A stretch of DNA of 64,000 bases from Bacilli bacterium (GCA_017397685.1 JAFQID010000019.1:9138-73137), one strand, 5' to 3'. Positions 29,560 through 41,044 are shown, counted from the stretch's first letter. Notes: generated by a model not told the origin, from the sequence alone. Made by a program: numbers and translations.

Positions 29560-30162
29560 ATGAATGATTTTATTATTAATTTTATGAGTTCTTGGGGGTA
29601 TATTGCTCTTATTATTTTAATCACTCTTGAAAATATTTTTCCTCCTATTCCATCTGAGTTAATATTAACTTTTTCTGGATTTATGACTACCTATTCGTCT
29701 ATGAATATTGTATTAGTTATTTTATTTTCAACTTTAGGTTCTTTAATAGGTGCGAGCATGTTATATTTGATTGGTAAGTGTATAAATGTTAATAAGTTAA
29801 AAAAAATGTGTAATTTTAGATTTTTTAAGTTTTTTAATATTAATGAATCTGATATTGATAAAGCAAGTTATTGGTTTGAAAATAAAGGGGAATATACTGT
29901 GTTTTTTTGTAGATTTATTCCGATTGTTAGAAGTTTAATTTCTATTCCTGCGGGTATTAATAAGATGAATTTTGTAAAGTTTATTGTCTTTACTTTTTAT
30001 GGTAGCGCGGTATGGAATGGAGTGTTATGTGTTTTAGGCAGTGCTTTTGGAAAGGCTTATCCTATTATTTTAAAATATGTTGGTAATTTTTCTAAAATTA
30101 TTTTATTGTTGATTGTTTTATTTTTTATATATTTTATTTTTAAAATGATTAAAAATAGATAA
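29560..30162 (+). CDS. DedA-family membrane protein
   Basis: ENIFPPIPSELIL...FCRFIPIVRSLISIPAG motifs typical of DedA/SNARE-associated family. Confidence 0.7.
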   Translation: MNDFIINFMSSWGYIALIILITLENIFPPIPSELILTFSGFMTTYSSMNIVLVILFSTLGSLIGASMLYLIGKCINVNKLKKMCNFRFFKFFNINESDIDKASYWFENKGEYTVFFCRFIPIVRSLISIPAGINKMNFVKFIVFTFYGSAVWNGVLCVLGSAFGKAYPIILKYVGNFSKIILLLIVLFFIYFIFKMIKNR

Positions 30163-30192
30163 TATGCTATAATTTTATTTGAGGCGATCGAA

Positions 30193-31344
30193 GTGAGAAA
30201 AAAAGTAAGTATTTTTGGTTCTACTGGTTCTATTGGATGCAGTACTTTAAATGTTATTAGAAATAATAAAAATTTATTTGAAGTAGTAAGCCTAGTAGCT
30301 GGAAATAATGTTGATAAATTAGCTGAACAAATAAGAGAGTTTAATCCTAAACATGTATATATTAAATCTTTAGATAATTATAATATTTTAAGAAGTATGT
30401 TTAAAGATATAAATATTTATTATGGTGAAGAGGGTCTTAAAGATATTTCTTCTTTAGATGATTATGATATTGGTGTTAGTGCTTTGGTTGGAATAGCTGG
30501 ACTTGAGCCTACTTATAATATGATTAAGAATAAAAAGACTATTTTGCTTGCTAATAAAGAAGTTCTTGTTGTTGGTGGAGATTTTTTTGTTGATAGTGTT
30601 AAAAAGTTTGGAGCTAAGTTAATTACTGTTGATAGTGAACTTAGCGCGATTATGCAATGTTTAAATGGTGAAGATAATAATAAAATTGATAAAGTTTTAT
30701 TAACAGCTTCTGGAGGCCCTTTTTTTGATAAGAAGATTACTGAAGATATAAGTGTTAATGATGCTTTAAATCATCCAACTTGGAATATGGGCAAAAAAAT
30801 CAGCATTGATAGTGCTACTATGATGAATAAAGGATTTGAAATTATTGAAACTAAGCATTTATTTGATGTCGATCCCGATGATATAGAGGTTGTTATTCAT
30901 AGAAAGAGCCTTATTCATTCTATGGTTCAGTTTGATGATGGCACTATAATTGCTAATATTGCCCCAAAATCTATGGAAATACCTATTGCTTATGCTCTAT
31001 CTTATCCTAATAGAATTAAAAATAATATAGAGAAACTTAATTTATTTGACATTAAAAGCCTAGAGTTTGAAAAACCTGATTTTGATAAGTTTAAATGTCT
31101 TGGTTATGCATATTATGCTTTAAAAAAAGGTCATAGTCATCAAGTTGTACTAAATGCGGCTGATGAGGTTGCTGTAGAAGCTTTTTTGAACAACAAAATT
31201 AAATTTGTAGATATTCCAAGAATAATAGAAACTATGCTTTTTAACCACAAGAGTATTAAATTAAATAGTATTAACGAAATCATTAATCTCGATAAGAGAA
31301 TTAAAATAGAAACTTATGATTTGATAAAAAGTTTTTATGAATAA
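30193..31344 (+). CDS. dxr: 1-deoxy-D-xylulose-5-phosphate reductoisomerase
   Basis: GTG start; N-terminal FGSTGSIG NADPH motif; ...LANKE..., ...SGGPF..., NHPTWNMG blocks. Confidence 0.9.
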   Translation: MRKKVSIFGSTGSIGCSTLNVIRNNKNLFEVVSLVAGNNVDKLAEQIREFNPKHVYIKSLDNYNILRSMFKDINIYYGEEGLKDISSLDDYDIGVSALVGIAGLEPTYNMIKNKKTILLANKEVLVVGGDFFVDSVKKFGAKLITVDSELSAIMQCLNGEDNNKIDKVLLTASGGPFFDKKITEDISVNDALNHPTWNMGKKISIDSATMMNKGFEIIETKHLFDVDPDDIEVVIHRKSLIHSMVQFDDGTIIANIAPKSMEIPIAYALSYPNRIKNNIEKLNLFDIKSLEFEKPDFDKFKCLGYAYYALKKGHSHQVVLNAADEVAVEAFLNNKIKFVDIPRIIETMLFNHKSIKLNSINEIINLDKRIKIETYDLIKSFYE

Positions 31345-31391
31345 TAGAATGATATTTATTAGTGTTTTATTTACTTTACAAAACTTAGCTC

Positions 31392-31425
31392 AAAAAAAAT
31401 CGAACTTAAAAAGTTCGTGTTTTTT
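31392..31425. terminator. bidirectional terminator (cgaactt-aaaa-agttcg with flanking A/T tracts)
   Basis: Hairpin between dxr and tRNA-Gly. Confidence 0.5.
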
Positions 31426-31432
31426 ATTAATT

Positions 31433-31507
31433 TGGAGCAAGCAACCGGAATCGAACCGGCATCTTAGCCTTGGCAAGGCCACATTCTAACCGTTGAACTA
31501 TGCCTGC
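31433..31507 (-). tRNA. tRNA-Gly (anticodon GCC), CCA encoded
   Basis: Reverse complement GCAGGCATAG...ccTTGCCAAgg...GGTTCGATTCC...CTCCA folds as a cloverleaf. Confidence 0.85.
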
Positions 31508-31552
31508 GTGTAAGAATATATTAACATTATTAATATATTTTTGCAAGTATTT

Positions 31553-32188
31553 TTATTTTAATTCATTTATATAATTTTTTCTTACTATATTTATATTTTG
31601 TGCTACTAATATTGAACCTAAAATAATGCCACCCAAAACATCTGTAAAGTAATGAACTCCTAAGTATATCCTTGAGAAAGATATTAGAATTAATAAGAAT
31701 GTTAAGAATATAAATAATGTTAGTTTCAATATTTCATTTTTTATAGTTTGTGATATTAAATAATATAACATTCCATAAAATACAATACTTGTTAATGTAT
31801 GACCACTAGGGAAACTATAATTATCGGGGGTTGGTATTATAGAATAATTCGGTCTAGGTCTAGATATTATAAGTTTTGTTGTAACTGACAGTAATATTCC
31901 TAGTAGATAATTAATTGTTAATATAATTGAATAGCTTTTATTTTTTAAGAATAAAAATGTAATGCATATTATGAATATTGGTAGATACCAGTCGCCAAAT
32001 AAAGTTATAAATTTAAATAAAGCTGTTAATCTTGAATCTATTATATTATTAATTGCTAATATTACTCGGTAATCCATATTTAATATCTTACCATAAAAAC
32101 CTAGTGGTTTTGTTAAAGCTACTAGTAGTATAAAAAGTATTATCGCTAATAAATATTTCCAATTTTCTTTTATTACCTTTTTTATCAT
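31553..32188 (-). CDS. PAP2-family phosphatase (undecaprenyl-diphosphatase-like)
   Basis: PAP2 motifs KxxxxxxRP (SRPRPN), PSGH, SRIYLGVHYFTD. Confidence 0.75.
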   Translation of the reverse strand: MIKKVIKENWKYLLAIILFILLVALTKPLGFYGKILNMDYRVILAINNIIDSRLTALFKFITLFGDWYLPIFIICITFLFLKNKSYSIILTINYLLGILLSVTTKLIISRPRPNYSIIPTPDNYSFPSGHTLTSIVFYGMLYYLISQTIKNEILKLTLFIFLTFLLILISFSRIYLGVHYFTDVLGGIILGSILVAQNINIVRKNYINELK

Positions 32189-32217
32189 ATTTTAAATTTT
32201 ATCACATATTACTCTCT

Positions 32218-33066
32218 TTAACAAGATTCATTTTCTTTTTTTACATTTCTTCCGTAGTGAAACATATATTGTATAGCTAATGCACTATACACTCCATACT
32301 TTTCTTTTGCAAATTTTTCTATGGTTTTTGTATCATTTTTTATTTTATATTTTGTTGAAATTGTTTGTTTTACCCAAGTATCTATTGGGAATACATCTAA
32401 CCTTCTAAATCCAAAAAGAAGAATGCATGATGCGACTTTTAGACCTATTCCTTTTATTATCATTAGTTTTTTTAATGCATCTATTGTATTTAAACTATTT
32501 ATATCGTTAATTAAGTTTGGATTTTCTTTTAAGGCATCCAAAAAATTTCTTATATATTTGTCTCTAAATCCAACTCCATAATTTCTTAATTCATCTATTG
32601 ATATATTTTTAATATCTTCGTATTTAGGAAACAAATAATAGTCTTCATTATTAAAAATTACTTTTTGTCCATAGTTTTTAGATATATTTTCTATTGTTTG
32701 GCTTATTCTTTTTACATTATTATTTTGACTTATTATATAACTTATGCACATTTCAAAAGAATCTTGATTCATAATTTTATACCCTTTACAAGATTCAATT
32801 ATTTTTTTCATTTTTTTATCTTTTTTACAAATTTCTTTGTTTATGTCATCATAATTTCTTTTTAAATCAAAGTAATCAATTATTTTTTGTTTTAGATTTT
32901 TGTTGTCACTTGATTTTATTATTAATTCATTGTTATTTTGTCTAATATTAATTACTCTGTCATTTAATATTATTGTATAACTATTATCTTCTTTTTCAGT
33001 CCAACGAAAACATTGGCCGCTTGTTATAGTATCTTTTAAATTAAATTCTTTTGTTTTTATTATCAT
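32218..33066 (-). CDS. HhH-GPD DNA glycosylase (8-oxoguanine DNA glycosylase-like)
   Basis: HhH-GPD block GIGLKVASCILLFGF...DVFPIDTWV; 282 aa. Confidence 0.6.
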   Translation of the reverse strand: MIIKTKEFNLKDTITSGQCFRWTEKEDNSYTIILNDRVINIRQNNNELIIKSSDNKNLKQKIIDYFDLKRNYDDINKEICKKDKKMKKIIESCKGYKIMNQDSFEMCISYIISQNNNVKRISQTIENISKNYGQKVIFNNEDYYLFPKYEDIKNISIDELRNYGVGFRDKYIRNFLDALKENPNLINDINSLNTIDALKKLMIIKGIGLKVASCILLFGFRRLDVFPIDTWVKQTISTKYKIKNDTKTIEKFAKEKYGVYSALAIQYMFHYGRNVKKENESC

Positions 33067-34997
33067 TATTTCAATCCTAATTTGCTATAGTAATTATTTT
33101 CTAAGATAAGTGATGACATACTAAATTTTTGATAAACTTTAGTGTTTATTTTATCTATATAATTTTCTGGTAATTCTTCTTTTGTTGTTTTTGTAAACTT
33201 TTTTATTACTGAGTTGTATTTTCCATATTTAGTAATCCAACTTCTATCTGAAAATATTACTAGTCCTTCTGATTCACTAAAAATATCAGTACCCATAAGT
33301 AATCTTGAATCGTATTCTAAGCCATACAAATTATAAATTGTAGGTAAAATATCAATACTACTAACTATTTTATCAATCTCTGTTTTTTCAATTGCAGGGT
33401 TATACATTATTAGTGTTGTATGATAATTTTCAAATTTGTTTGATCTATTTGTTTTACTTACTTCATTCATTTCTTCGGTAGTTAGGCCATAAGGATAATG
33501 ATCTGGTGCTAAAACGATTAGTGTGTCATCTAATTTATTCGCTTCATCTAATTCTTTTAACAATATTTCCATTGCTTTATCTAATTCTATTTGCGTTGCA
33601 TAATATGCTTTAACGGCCTCTGAATATTTAAGATTTTTTACTTTGCTTTTATTTCTTGAAGCCATGTTATTACCATAGAAATTATAGTTTAAATGTCCAC
33701 TTACTGTCATGTAGTAGCTAGCGAAGGGTTTGTCTTTTTCTAAGTAATAACTGAGTGTTGATTCAATCATCTCTTTATCACTATTAGGCCAGTGAGAGCA
33801 ATTCATTTTCTTTTCAAGGCCATTTCCACAACCATAATATGTTAGTCCAATATTTGGGTGAGAGTCATCTCTATCGTAATAGCTATATGTATGGTTATGA
33901 AATCCATATGATGTGTATCCTGCTTTTTTAAACATTGTTCCAAAACCTAGTGGCATCGATATTTTACTTGTTCTATAGAAACTCCAAACACCTTCTTTTG
34001 GGATTAGAGAAGTTAAATTCATATATTCCCCATCAGATGTCGATACTGGGAAAAGAGGCTGATAGTAGTTAGTAAATACATATGAGTTATTTGCCATTTT
34101 ATATAAAGTTGGAGTAATTTTTTCATCTAATGCGATTGTATCAAAAGCTTCTGCAGTTATAAAAATTAAGTTTTTATCTTTAAATAGTCCTGTATATTTA
34201 TTTTTTTGTGTTGGAGATACATTTTTAAAATATTTATGCATATTTTTTATTGTTTTATTAGATGTTTTATTTATTAACTTATCAAAGTCTATTTCTATAG
34301 CGTTGTATTCGATTCCTGGTTCTTCTAGTATTTCTTCGCTTGTTTCTTCTATAAATATTTCTTCATTAAAACCAAAAATATATCTATATAAATCAAGAGC
34401 TTGAGTAGTATTTAGTCCTACTTTATTTGCAGTTAAAAGTGGTGCATGAGTAGAAAATAATAATCTATTTATAGAATATATACCACTATCAAATTTATAT
34501 GTTGTTAAATATGCTCCTCCTAGTGATAAAATAAATAATACTAGGTTTACTAAATTTATTTTCCATGATAATCTTTTAAAATTAAATAATTTGTTTTTAA
34601 AGATTAAGAATAATATTAATGGTATTAGTACTATTAAAAATACGTACCATATACTTAACATGACATTTAATATTGCTTGCCAGAACTCCATTACTTGTCC
34701 AGCACCGGTTGTTAAAGAAAAGAAAGAAAATATTGATGTATAAAAATTATAATATACTATTTGTGCTAATGTTATTATTGTTAAGGCACATGTAAAAAAT
34801 ATTGTTAAAAATTTATTTATTTTTTCCGGTAATAAGGTAGTTATTGCCCAGATTATGAAAACCCATGGTAAACTAAAAATTATTACACTTATTGTGTATT
34901 TATCAAAAAAAGTATTAAAGATAAATATTCTATATACTATTTCTAAAAACAATATCCAAAATAGCCACCAAAAAAACACATGTATCTTTTTTTTCAT
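33066..34997 (-). CDS. LtaS-family sulfatase-domain membrane protein (lipoteichoic acid synthase-like)
   Basis: Five N-terminal TM helices plus an extracytoplasmic sulfatase domain; 643 aa. Confidence 0.7.
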   Translation of the reverse strand: MKKKIHVFFWWLFWILFLEIVYRIFIFNTFFDKYTISVIIFSLPWVFIIWAITTLLPEKINKFLTIFFTCALTIITLAQIVYYNFYTSIFSFFSLTTGAGQVMEFWQAILNVMLSIWYVFLIVLIPLILFLIFKNKLFNFKRLSWKINLVNLVLFILSLGGAYLTTYKFDSGIYSINRLLFSTHAPLLTANKVGLNTTQALDLYRYIFGFNEEIFIEETSEEILEEPGIEYNAIEIDFDKLINKTSNKTIKNMHKYFKNVSPTQKNKYTGLFKDKNLIFITAEAFDTIALDEKITPTLYKMANNSYVFTNYYQPLFPVSTSDGEYMNLTSLIPKEGVWSFYRTSKISMPLGFGTMFKKAGYTSYGFHNHTYSYYDRDDSHPNIGLTYYGCGNGLEKKMNCSHWPNSDKEMIESTLSYYLEKDKPFASYYMTVSGHLNYNFYGNNMASRNKSKVKNLKYSEAVKAYYATQIELDKAMEILLKELDEANKLDDTLIVLAPDHYPYGLTTEEMNEVSKTNRSNKFENYHTTLIMYNPAIEKTEIDKIVSSIDILPTIYNLYGLEYDSRLLMGTDIFSESEGLVIFSDRSWITKYGKYNSVIKKFTKTTKEELPENYIDKINTKVYQKFSMSSLILENNYYSKLGLK

Positions 34998-35211
34998 TTT
35001 TTACTTATCCTTCATTTTTTTAATTATTGTTAGACATATAATAGCTAAAATTAATAGACCTCCAATTATAAATGCAATTGTTAATTCTACAGCTAAATTG
35101 GTTTTTAATAATAATAAACTTTCAAACATTTTCATCATAATAATCACTATTAATAGTATAGCAAAAAAACGTTTAATATTCAACGTTTTCTCTTTTAATC
35201 TTTTTTACTTT

Positions 35212-37047
35212 TTAGTTGTTTTTTCTCCTTCTTTTATTTTTATATTTTTTTATTTTCAATGATAAACTTAATGTAAATATTATTACGATGATTGTAAATA
35301 ATGATTTAATAATCTTATTTATTTTTATATTTTCTTTTTGAATTTCTATAATTTTTGTATATAGTTCTTTTGATTTAGATATATTTTTCTCATTTTTTGT
35401 AGAATTATAATTTTTGTAAAATTCTTTTATTTCATTTATTATTCTATTTTTTTTATATTTTAATAGTATTGATACTTCTTTGTTTAAAAAATCAATATAT
35501 TCTTTTGTTAGCTTTGTTATAGAATTATCTATATCATATAATGAAGGAACTTCATCTGGTAATGAATAAAAATTATTTATATTTTCGTAAGCTGATATTA
35601 TTTCAAATAAAAGTGCTTCTTGGTTTTGACCAGATGTAAATTCCATTCCATATGGAAGATTTTTATAAAATCCCATCGGTACATTTACTGCCGGAAGACC
35701 GGTTGTACTACTTATGTAGGTGCTTGGGGTTGATAGTGTTCCTTCGTTGCTTTCGTTTAGTTTTTGTAATTCATTTTTTACTGTTGGGTATAGTAGAACA
35801 TCTACATTATTTTTTTTAATTGTTTCTTCAACATATTTTAAATACTTTTTCTTTCTTGTTTCGAAGGATTTTGTGTATTTTTCGTTTGATTTTCCGCAAC
35901 TTTGTGCATATCTGTTTAAATCATATATTTTTTGATTTGAATTATTTAGATCGTTAAAGTTTTTTATTTTTGAGTTAGTATTTTTTATGTATTCATTAAA
36001 TGTATCACATATTGTAAACCCACTCATTGTTCCAAAAATTATATCATAATATGTTTGATTCATGAAATTATCTATATATTTTATTTGGGCCCCAGCTTGT
36101 TTTAGTTTTTCTATTTGTTCATCCATTAACTTAACTACACCTTCATAGCTTTTTCCATTTACTCTTAGGCTTGCACTATCACTTCCATTATAAAACTCTT
36201 TTATAATGCCTATTTTTTTATCTTTTAATGTTGTATTTTTTATTGTTTGTTCATAATTTATGTTTTTATTTTTATTTGTTATTACATCCATTATTATTGC
36301 TGAGTCTATTACACTTTTTGTCATTGGGCCAGCTACATCTCTATATTTATCATAAGGTAGTATTCCTTGCATATTAATGCTTCCAAATGAAGGTCTAAAG
36401 CCAAAAAGATTGTTAGCACTTGATGGTACTCTTATTGAAGAGTTGGTGTCAGTTCCTATTCCAGCACTCGCAAAAGATAGTGCTACCGCTACGGCTGTTC
36501 CTCCGCTTGATCCATATGAGGAATAGTTATTATTATATGCATTTTTAACTGTTCCATAAGAACTTGTAGATGATGATGCTAGAAATGCAAATTCGCTCAT
36601 GTTTGTTGATGCTAATATTATAGCACCCGCTTCTTTTAGATTTTTTATAATCTCGGCATCTTCTTTTGGATAGTTATCTGACAGTGCTTTTGCTCCTGCG
36701 GTTGTTGATAGGTCTTTTACATCTATGTTTGTTTTTACAACTATTGGTATTCCATGAAGTTTACTTCTTACTTTACCTTTACTTCTTTCTTTATCTAGTT
36801 GCTGCGCTTCGTTTATAGCATTTTTATTTATTTGATTTATTGAGTTATAATTTTTGTCGTATTTTTCTATTCTTTCTAAATATATGTTTACTAGTTGATA
36901 TGAAGTTATTATTTCTTTATCTAAAGCATTTGATAACTTTTCTATATTCATGTTTGTTATGTCTATAGGCGCTTTAGTTGTAGCATTTATATTTGGTATA
37001 AATGACAGTAGTATTATAATAATTATTTTTTTTATTTTTTTATTCAT
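35212..37047 (-). CDS. amidase-signature family enzyme, secreted with C-terminal TM anchor
   Basis: AS signature GGSSGGTAVAVALSFASAGIGTDTNSSIRVPSS; N-terminal signal peptide; C-terminal hydrophobic segment followed by a basic tail. Confidence 0.7.
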   Translation of the reverse strand: MNKKIKKIIIIILLSFIPNINATTKAPIDITNMNIEKLSNALDKEIITSYQLVNIYLERIEKYDKNYNSINQINKNAINEAQQLDKERSKGKVRSKLHGIPIVVKTNIDVKDLSTTAGAKALSDNYPKEDAEIIKNLKEAGAIILASTNMSEFAFLASSSTSSYGTVKNAYNNNYSSYGSSGGTAVAVALSFASAGIGTDTNSSIRVPSSANNLFGFRPSFGSINMQGILPYDKYRDVAGPMTKSVIDSAIIMDVITNKNKNINYEQTIKNTTLKDKKIGIIKEFYNGSDSASLRVNGKSYEGVVKLMDEQIEKLKQAGAQIKYIDNFMNQTYYDIIFGTMSGFTICDTFNEYIKNTNSKIKNFNDLNNSNQKIYDLNRYAQSCGKSNEKYTKSFETRKKKYLKYVEETIKKNNVDVLLYPTVKNELQKLNESNEGTLSTPSTYISSTTGLPAVNVPMGFYKNLPYGMEFTSGQNQEALLFEIISAYENINNFYSLPDEVPSLYDIDNSITKLTKEYIDFLNKEVSILLKYKKNRIINEIKEFYKNYNSTKNEKNISKSKELYTKIIEIQKENIKINKIIKSLFTIIVIIFTLSLSLKIKKYKNKRRRKNN

Positions 37048-37196
37048 TGTTACTCCTTATATTTTATTATATCATGGATTATTAGTAATATTTAATTTTT
37101 ATTTTGCATATAATTAGTAAACTAAATAAAATATATTTGACTTTAAGAGTAATGTGAGGTAAAATATATTCACAAAACAATTTATTGTTTTGTATG

Positions 37197-37271
37197 GACC
37201 TATAGCCAAGTGGCTAAGGCAGAGGACTGCAACTCCTTGATCGTTGGTTCAAATCCGACTAGGTCCTCCAA
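37197..37271 (+). tRNA. tRNA-Cys (anticodon GCA), CCA encoded
   Basis: ggacctatagccaagtgg...gaCTGCAActc...ggttcaaatccgactaggtcctcca cloverleaf. Confidence 0.85.
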
Positions 37272-37372
37272 TATGTTAGAAAACTTAAACTTCAATGTTT
37301 GAGTTTTTTTATTGTTATTAACTATAATATAGATTATAATTATCTTAAATATTAATATTTTGGAGGTTAATT

Positions 37373-38242
37373 ATGGAAAACGTTGTATTTCATGGAAGTA
37401 GTGCTCGAGATTTAAAAATATTAAAACCAAATGAAAGTACTCATATGAAAGATTATGTTTATGCTACTTCTTATCCTATGATTGCTCTTGTTTTTTCTGT
37501 TAATAATTTTGGAGATTTTGATTTCGATTTAACTATTAAAGATGGCGTAGTTATATTTACCGAAAGAAGAAATGGTGCTTTTGATAAATATAATTCACCT
37601 GGATTTTTATATACACTTGACGCTACTAATTTCAAGCAATTGGAAGGGTTATGGGAAGCGGAAGTTGTGTCTGAACAAGAGGAAAAAATTATTTCTTGTG
37701 AGCATGTTGATAATGTCTTTGAAAAACTGAAAGATTATGAAAAAAGCGGAGATATGAAAATATATAGATATCCTAATAAGCCTGATTTTATACCGGACGA
37801 TGATTCTGATTTAGTTTATAAATATGTGAAGTTTGAGAATATGGGCCATAGAGGATCTGTTGACAATTTAATATATTATTTTCCAGAGTTAAAAGAAAAA
37901 GCATTTTCTCTTTTGGATAATCCTAAATGTTTATATTATATTAGTAAGAAACGTGAAGTTTTAGATTCTATAATTGTATATGACAATGTAGTTGATGCTA
38001 TATTAGGCTGTAAAGAAAATCTTTTTGTTAGAGATAATGGATGGCTCAGTTTTAAAAAAGAAGATGATAAAATAGCTTTTTCTAAAGGAGGATTTAATTT
38101 AGAAGATGAGTTTTATTTATATTCAATATCAGGTGATATAAATCGAATAAGCACGCATTCTTTTGAAATAAGTAATCCTAAGATAGAATCTTGTGAGTTT
38201 TTGGATTTGACAAATTATTATTCTCAGACTAAATTAAAATAA
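37373..38242 (+). CDS. hypothetical protein
   Basis: 289-aa ORF with RBS ggagg; no motif recognised. Confidence 0.4.
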   Translation: MENVVFHGSSARDLKILKPNESTHMKDYVYATSYPMIALVFSVNNFGDFDFDLTIKDGVVIFTERRNGAFDKYNSPGFLYTLDATNFKQLEGLWEAEVVSEQEEKIISCEHVDNVFEKLKDYEKSGDMKIYRYPNKPDFIPDDDSDLVYKYVKFENMGHRGSVDNLIYYFPELKEKAFSLLDNPKCLYYISKKREVLDSIIVYDNVVDAILGCKENLFVRDNGWLSFKKEDDKIAFSKGGFNLEDEFYLYSISGDINRISTHSFEISNPKIESCEFLDLTNYYSQTKLK

Positions 38243-38385
38243 TCTTTATTAAATCTCACTTGGACTTTTTAGTTCAAGTTTTTTATATAAATTATACTTA
38301 TTTTAGGTTATAATTAATTTATATAAAAAATATATTGACTCTCACCTTAAGGGTAGTGATATATTACTAGCGAAGGAGGAAAAAT

Positions 38386-39399
38386 ATGATAAAAATTGGA
38401 GAGTTTGCAAAATTATTTGGTGTTTCTATTAAAACTATAAGATTTTATGAAGAAAAAGGAATCTTATTTCCTACTTATGTTGATCTATATTCCGGGTATA
38501 GATATTATGATGAGGAAAATATTATTCAAATGAGTAGAATTTTATTTTTAAAAGATTTAGGTTTTTCTATAAAGGAAATAATGAATATTGATGAAAATAG
38601 CTATAATGAAAAAATTTCTGAATATGAAAATAAAATTATGACTTTGTATAAAAACATTGACACTCTCAAATCTCTTTCAAATATGAAAGAAAGGAGGATT
38701 GATATAATGAAAACTTTTATTAATGACGAAAATGTTATTGGAAAGTGGGAACTAGTTGGTAGTTGTAAAACTAAAGAGGATTTTTATAATTCAATCTTTT
38801 TAGAGGATGACTCTATTATTAACGAACTTTATCTTATGGAAAATGGCACTGAATATTGGGTTATTTCTTGGACAAAAGGTACTATTTTTATATGTGATGT
38901 TCCTTGCCCTTATGAGGTCAAAGACAATTTAATGTTTGTTAAGATTGCTAGTCCTATAGATGAAAATGATTATAAGTATAGCGTTTACAAAAAAATTGAT
39001 AGTAAGAGATATGTTCCAGAAGATTTTATGATTATAGATGATACTAATATAGATTTTATTAGTGATGATAATGCTATTGGTATTTGGAAAAGTATTGATT
39101 TAGTTCATAATAAAAATGCTTTCAATCTAAATAAAAAAATAACAAGAGATCCTTTGTTAGTTGATAAACTTATTGTTTCTCCGGATTTCGATGTTATTGT
39201 TTGTTTAAACAGTGGTAAATCTAAAAGTGTTAAGTATACTAAAGACTATATTATTAATTTATGTATGCCAAACACTTTGTCAAAATATGATATTGTGCAC
39301 ATTAATAGTAAAACTTTTATGATAGTTGAATGGAAAAGTGGCGATTATGTTTATGGTGGTCAAATCAATTGCTATTATGTTTTTGAAAAGATTAATTAA
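38386..39399 (+). CDS. MerR-family transcriptional regulator with large C-terminal domain
   Basis: N-terminal HTH MIKIGEFAKLFGVSIKTIRFYEEKGIL. Confidence 0.7.
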   Translation: MIKIGEFAKLFGVSIKTIRFYEEKGILFPTYVDLYSGYRYYDEENIIQMSRILFLKDLGFSIKEIMNIDENSYNEKISEYENKIMTLYKNIDTLKSLSNMKERRIDIMKTFINDENVIGKWELVGSCKTKEDFYNSIFLEDDSIINELYLMENGTEYWVISWTKGTIFICDVPCPYEVKDNLMFVKIASPIDENDYKYSVYKKIDSKRYVPEDFMIIDDTNIDFISDDNAIGIWKSIDLVHNKNAFNLNKKITRDPLLVDKLIVSPDFDVIVCLNSGKSKSVKYTKDYIINLCMPNTLSKYDIVHINSKTFMIVEWKSGDYVYGGQINCYYVFEKIN

Positions 39400-39439
39400 T
39401 TTTAAAACTATAAAAACTTTTTTATGTTTTTATAGTTTT

Positions 39440-41044
39440 TTATTTTAATATTATTGTGTATTTTATACCTCTTATTTGTATTATTAAATCTATTTTATTT
39501 GCTTTTTCTACTTCTTTTGGTACTTCAAAATATGCATTTTTATCTTTTCCATATCTAATATTCATAGCATTTAATTTAATATTTTTTCTTATTCCTTCTG
39601 TTCTATATGAAAGAGTTGCAAAATATGTAAATAAGTCAGCTGGTGAGTCTATAAATTTACTTATATAAATACTATTATCCATTTCAATATTTGACGCTAT
39701 TTTAAGGATAGTTGTTTCTCCTACTCCTGCTATAGTTGGAGATATTACGTATGTTCCATTATAACATTTGCTTTTTTCACAATATTCATAATATTCTTTG
39801 AATGTTTTATTTATACTGTATTTGTTAATATGTATTTTTGTGTTATAAAGTGTAGTACCTTTAAGATTTATATCTATAGGTGGAGTATACTTACCTGTGT
39901 CATTATTACTATTTAAGTCATATGGTCTTATAATTACATCTTTATATGCTGTTTCTATTTGACCTAAAGAAATATTTTCTAAGTTTTTTATTCTTAAGAT
40001 ATATTCTGTATTTATTTCATCTTCATTTAATTCATAAACTACTATATATTCTTTCGATTCTCCAGGTTCTAGTTCTAATGGTGCATAAGTTTCTCCTATA
40101 TCTAAAAACATATTAGCTAAGTTAAATTTAGGAGTTCTTTGTTCTTTTCCTATTTTTAGTTTAAATGTATTTCTATCTAAAGTTACTTCTCTTGATACTC
40201 TATTATCTATATTTACTCTTATTAATAAATAGTATTTACCTTTTGTTATTTCTTCTCCTCTTAAATTTTGATTTGTTATATATGCTTCCTGTGCGGTATA
40301 CCAAAGGGTATTTGCTAGTATTTGCTGTTTTTGACTATAATTTACGTTATATACCCTTAATCTAACAAAAATTATTAGTGAAATAATAAGTGTAAAAACT
40401 GATCCAATTATAGTTACAAAAAACTTGTTTTCAAATATAAAATACTTTATATGTCTTAAAGATTTTCTAAATAATCTTTTATATTTATAATTGTTCTTAC
40501 CCAGTGTTATTTCTACTTCTTCATAATCAGATTTATCTATTTGAAGTTCTTCTAAATCTTTTTTAAAATCAAATTGTCTTATGTTAAATCCTAAGGTTCT
40601 ACCTAATGATACGAATACAAAAGCTAGTTGTGGTAATGTTAGTATTAGAGATATATCTCTTAAAATTCTTACTAGCTCAAAATCCATTGTTTTATATTGC
40701 AAATCTTGAAAGTAATTAAAAAAGATAATATATGATATAAATAGTATTATGTAATAAAGACAAATTGCTATATAATATTTTCCTTCTTTGTTTTTTATTT
40801 TTAATATGTAATATATCAGTAAAGATACTAAAATCGATAATACAATAGCGATAAACATTATATAATTTATATATGTTGCTGCCAAATCTAATGAGTTAAC
40901 GAAGTAATGGTTTGTTGCATAACTGTTATAAAAAGAATAAATGTTATATGTTTTTATAGCTAAATATGTAAGCATGATAAAAAGAATAGCATGTATTATC
41001 CTAAAGTTTTTTATTAGAAAAGCATAGGGTTTTTTTATTATCAT
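39440..41044 (-). CDS. hypothetical polytopic membrane protein with extracytoplasmic C-terminal domain
   Basis: 534 aa with multiple TM helices. Confidence 0.4.
   Translation of the reverse strand: MIIKKPYAFLIKNFRIIHAILFIMLTYLAIKTYNIYSFYNSYATNHYFVNSLDLAATYINYIMFIAIVLSILVSLLIYYILKIKNKEGKYYIAICLYYIILFISYIIFFNYFQDLQYKTMDFELVRILRDISLILTLPQLAFVFVSLGRTLGFNIRQFDFKKDLEELQIDKSDYEEVEITLGKNNYKYKRLFRKSLRHIKYFIFENKFFVTIIGSVFTLIISLIIFVRLRVYNVNYSQKQQILANTLWYTAQEAYITNQNLRGEEITKGKYYLLIRVNIDNRVSREVTLDRNTFKLKIGKEQRTPKFNLANMFLDIGETYAPLELEPGESKEYIVVYELNEDEINTEYILRIKNLENISLGQIETAYKDVIIRPYDLNSNNDTGKYTPPIDINLKGTTLYNTKIHINKYSINKTFKEYYEYCEKSKCYNGTYVISPTIAGVGETTILKIASNIEMDNSIYISKFIDSPADLFTYFATLSYRTEGIRKNIKLNAMNIRYGKDKNAYFEVPKEVEKANKIDLIIQIRGIKYTIILK

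Noticed and set aside
35001-35183. 60-aa hydrophobic ORF between LtaS and the amidase-signature gene
   Set aside because: Could be a genuine small membrane protein, but there is no RBS or conservation evidence; left unannotated.
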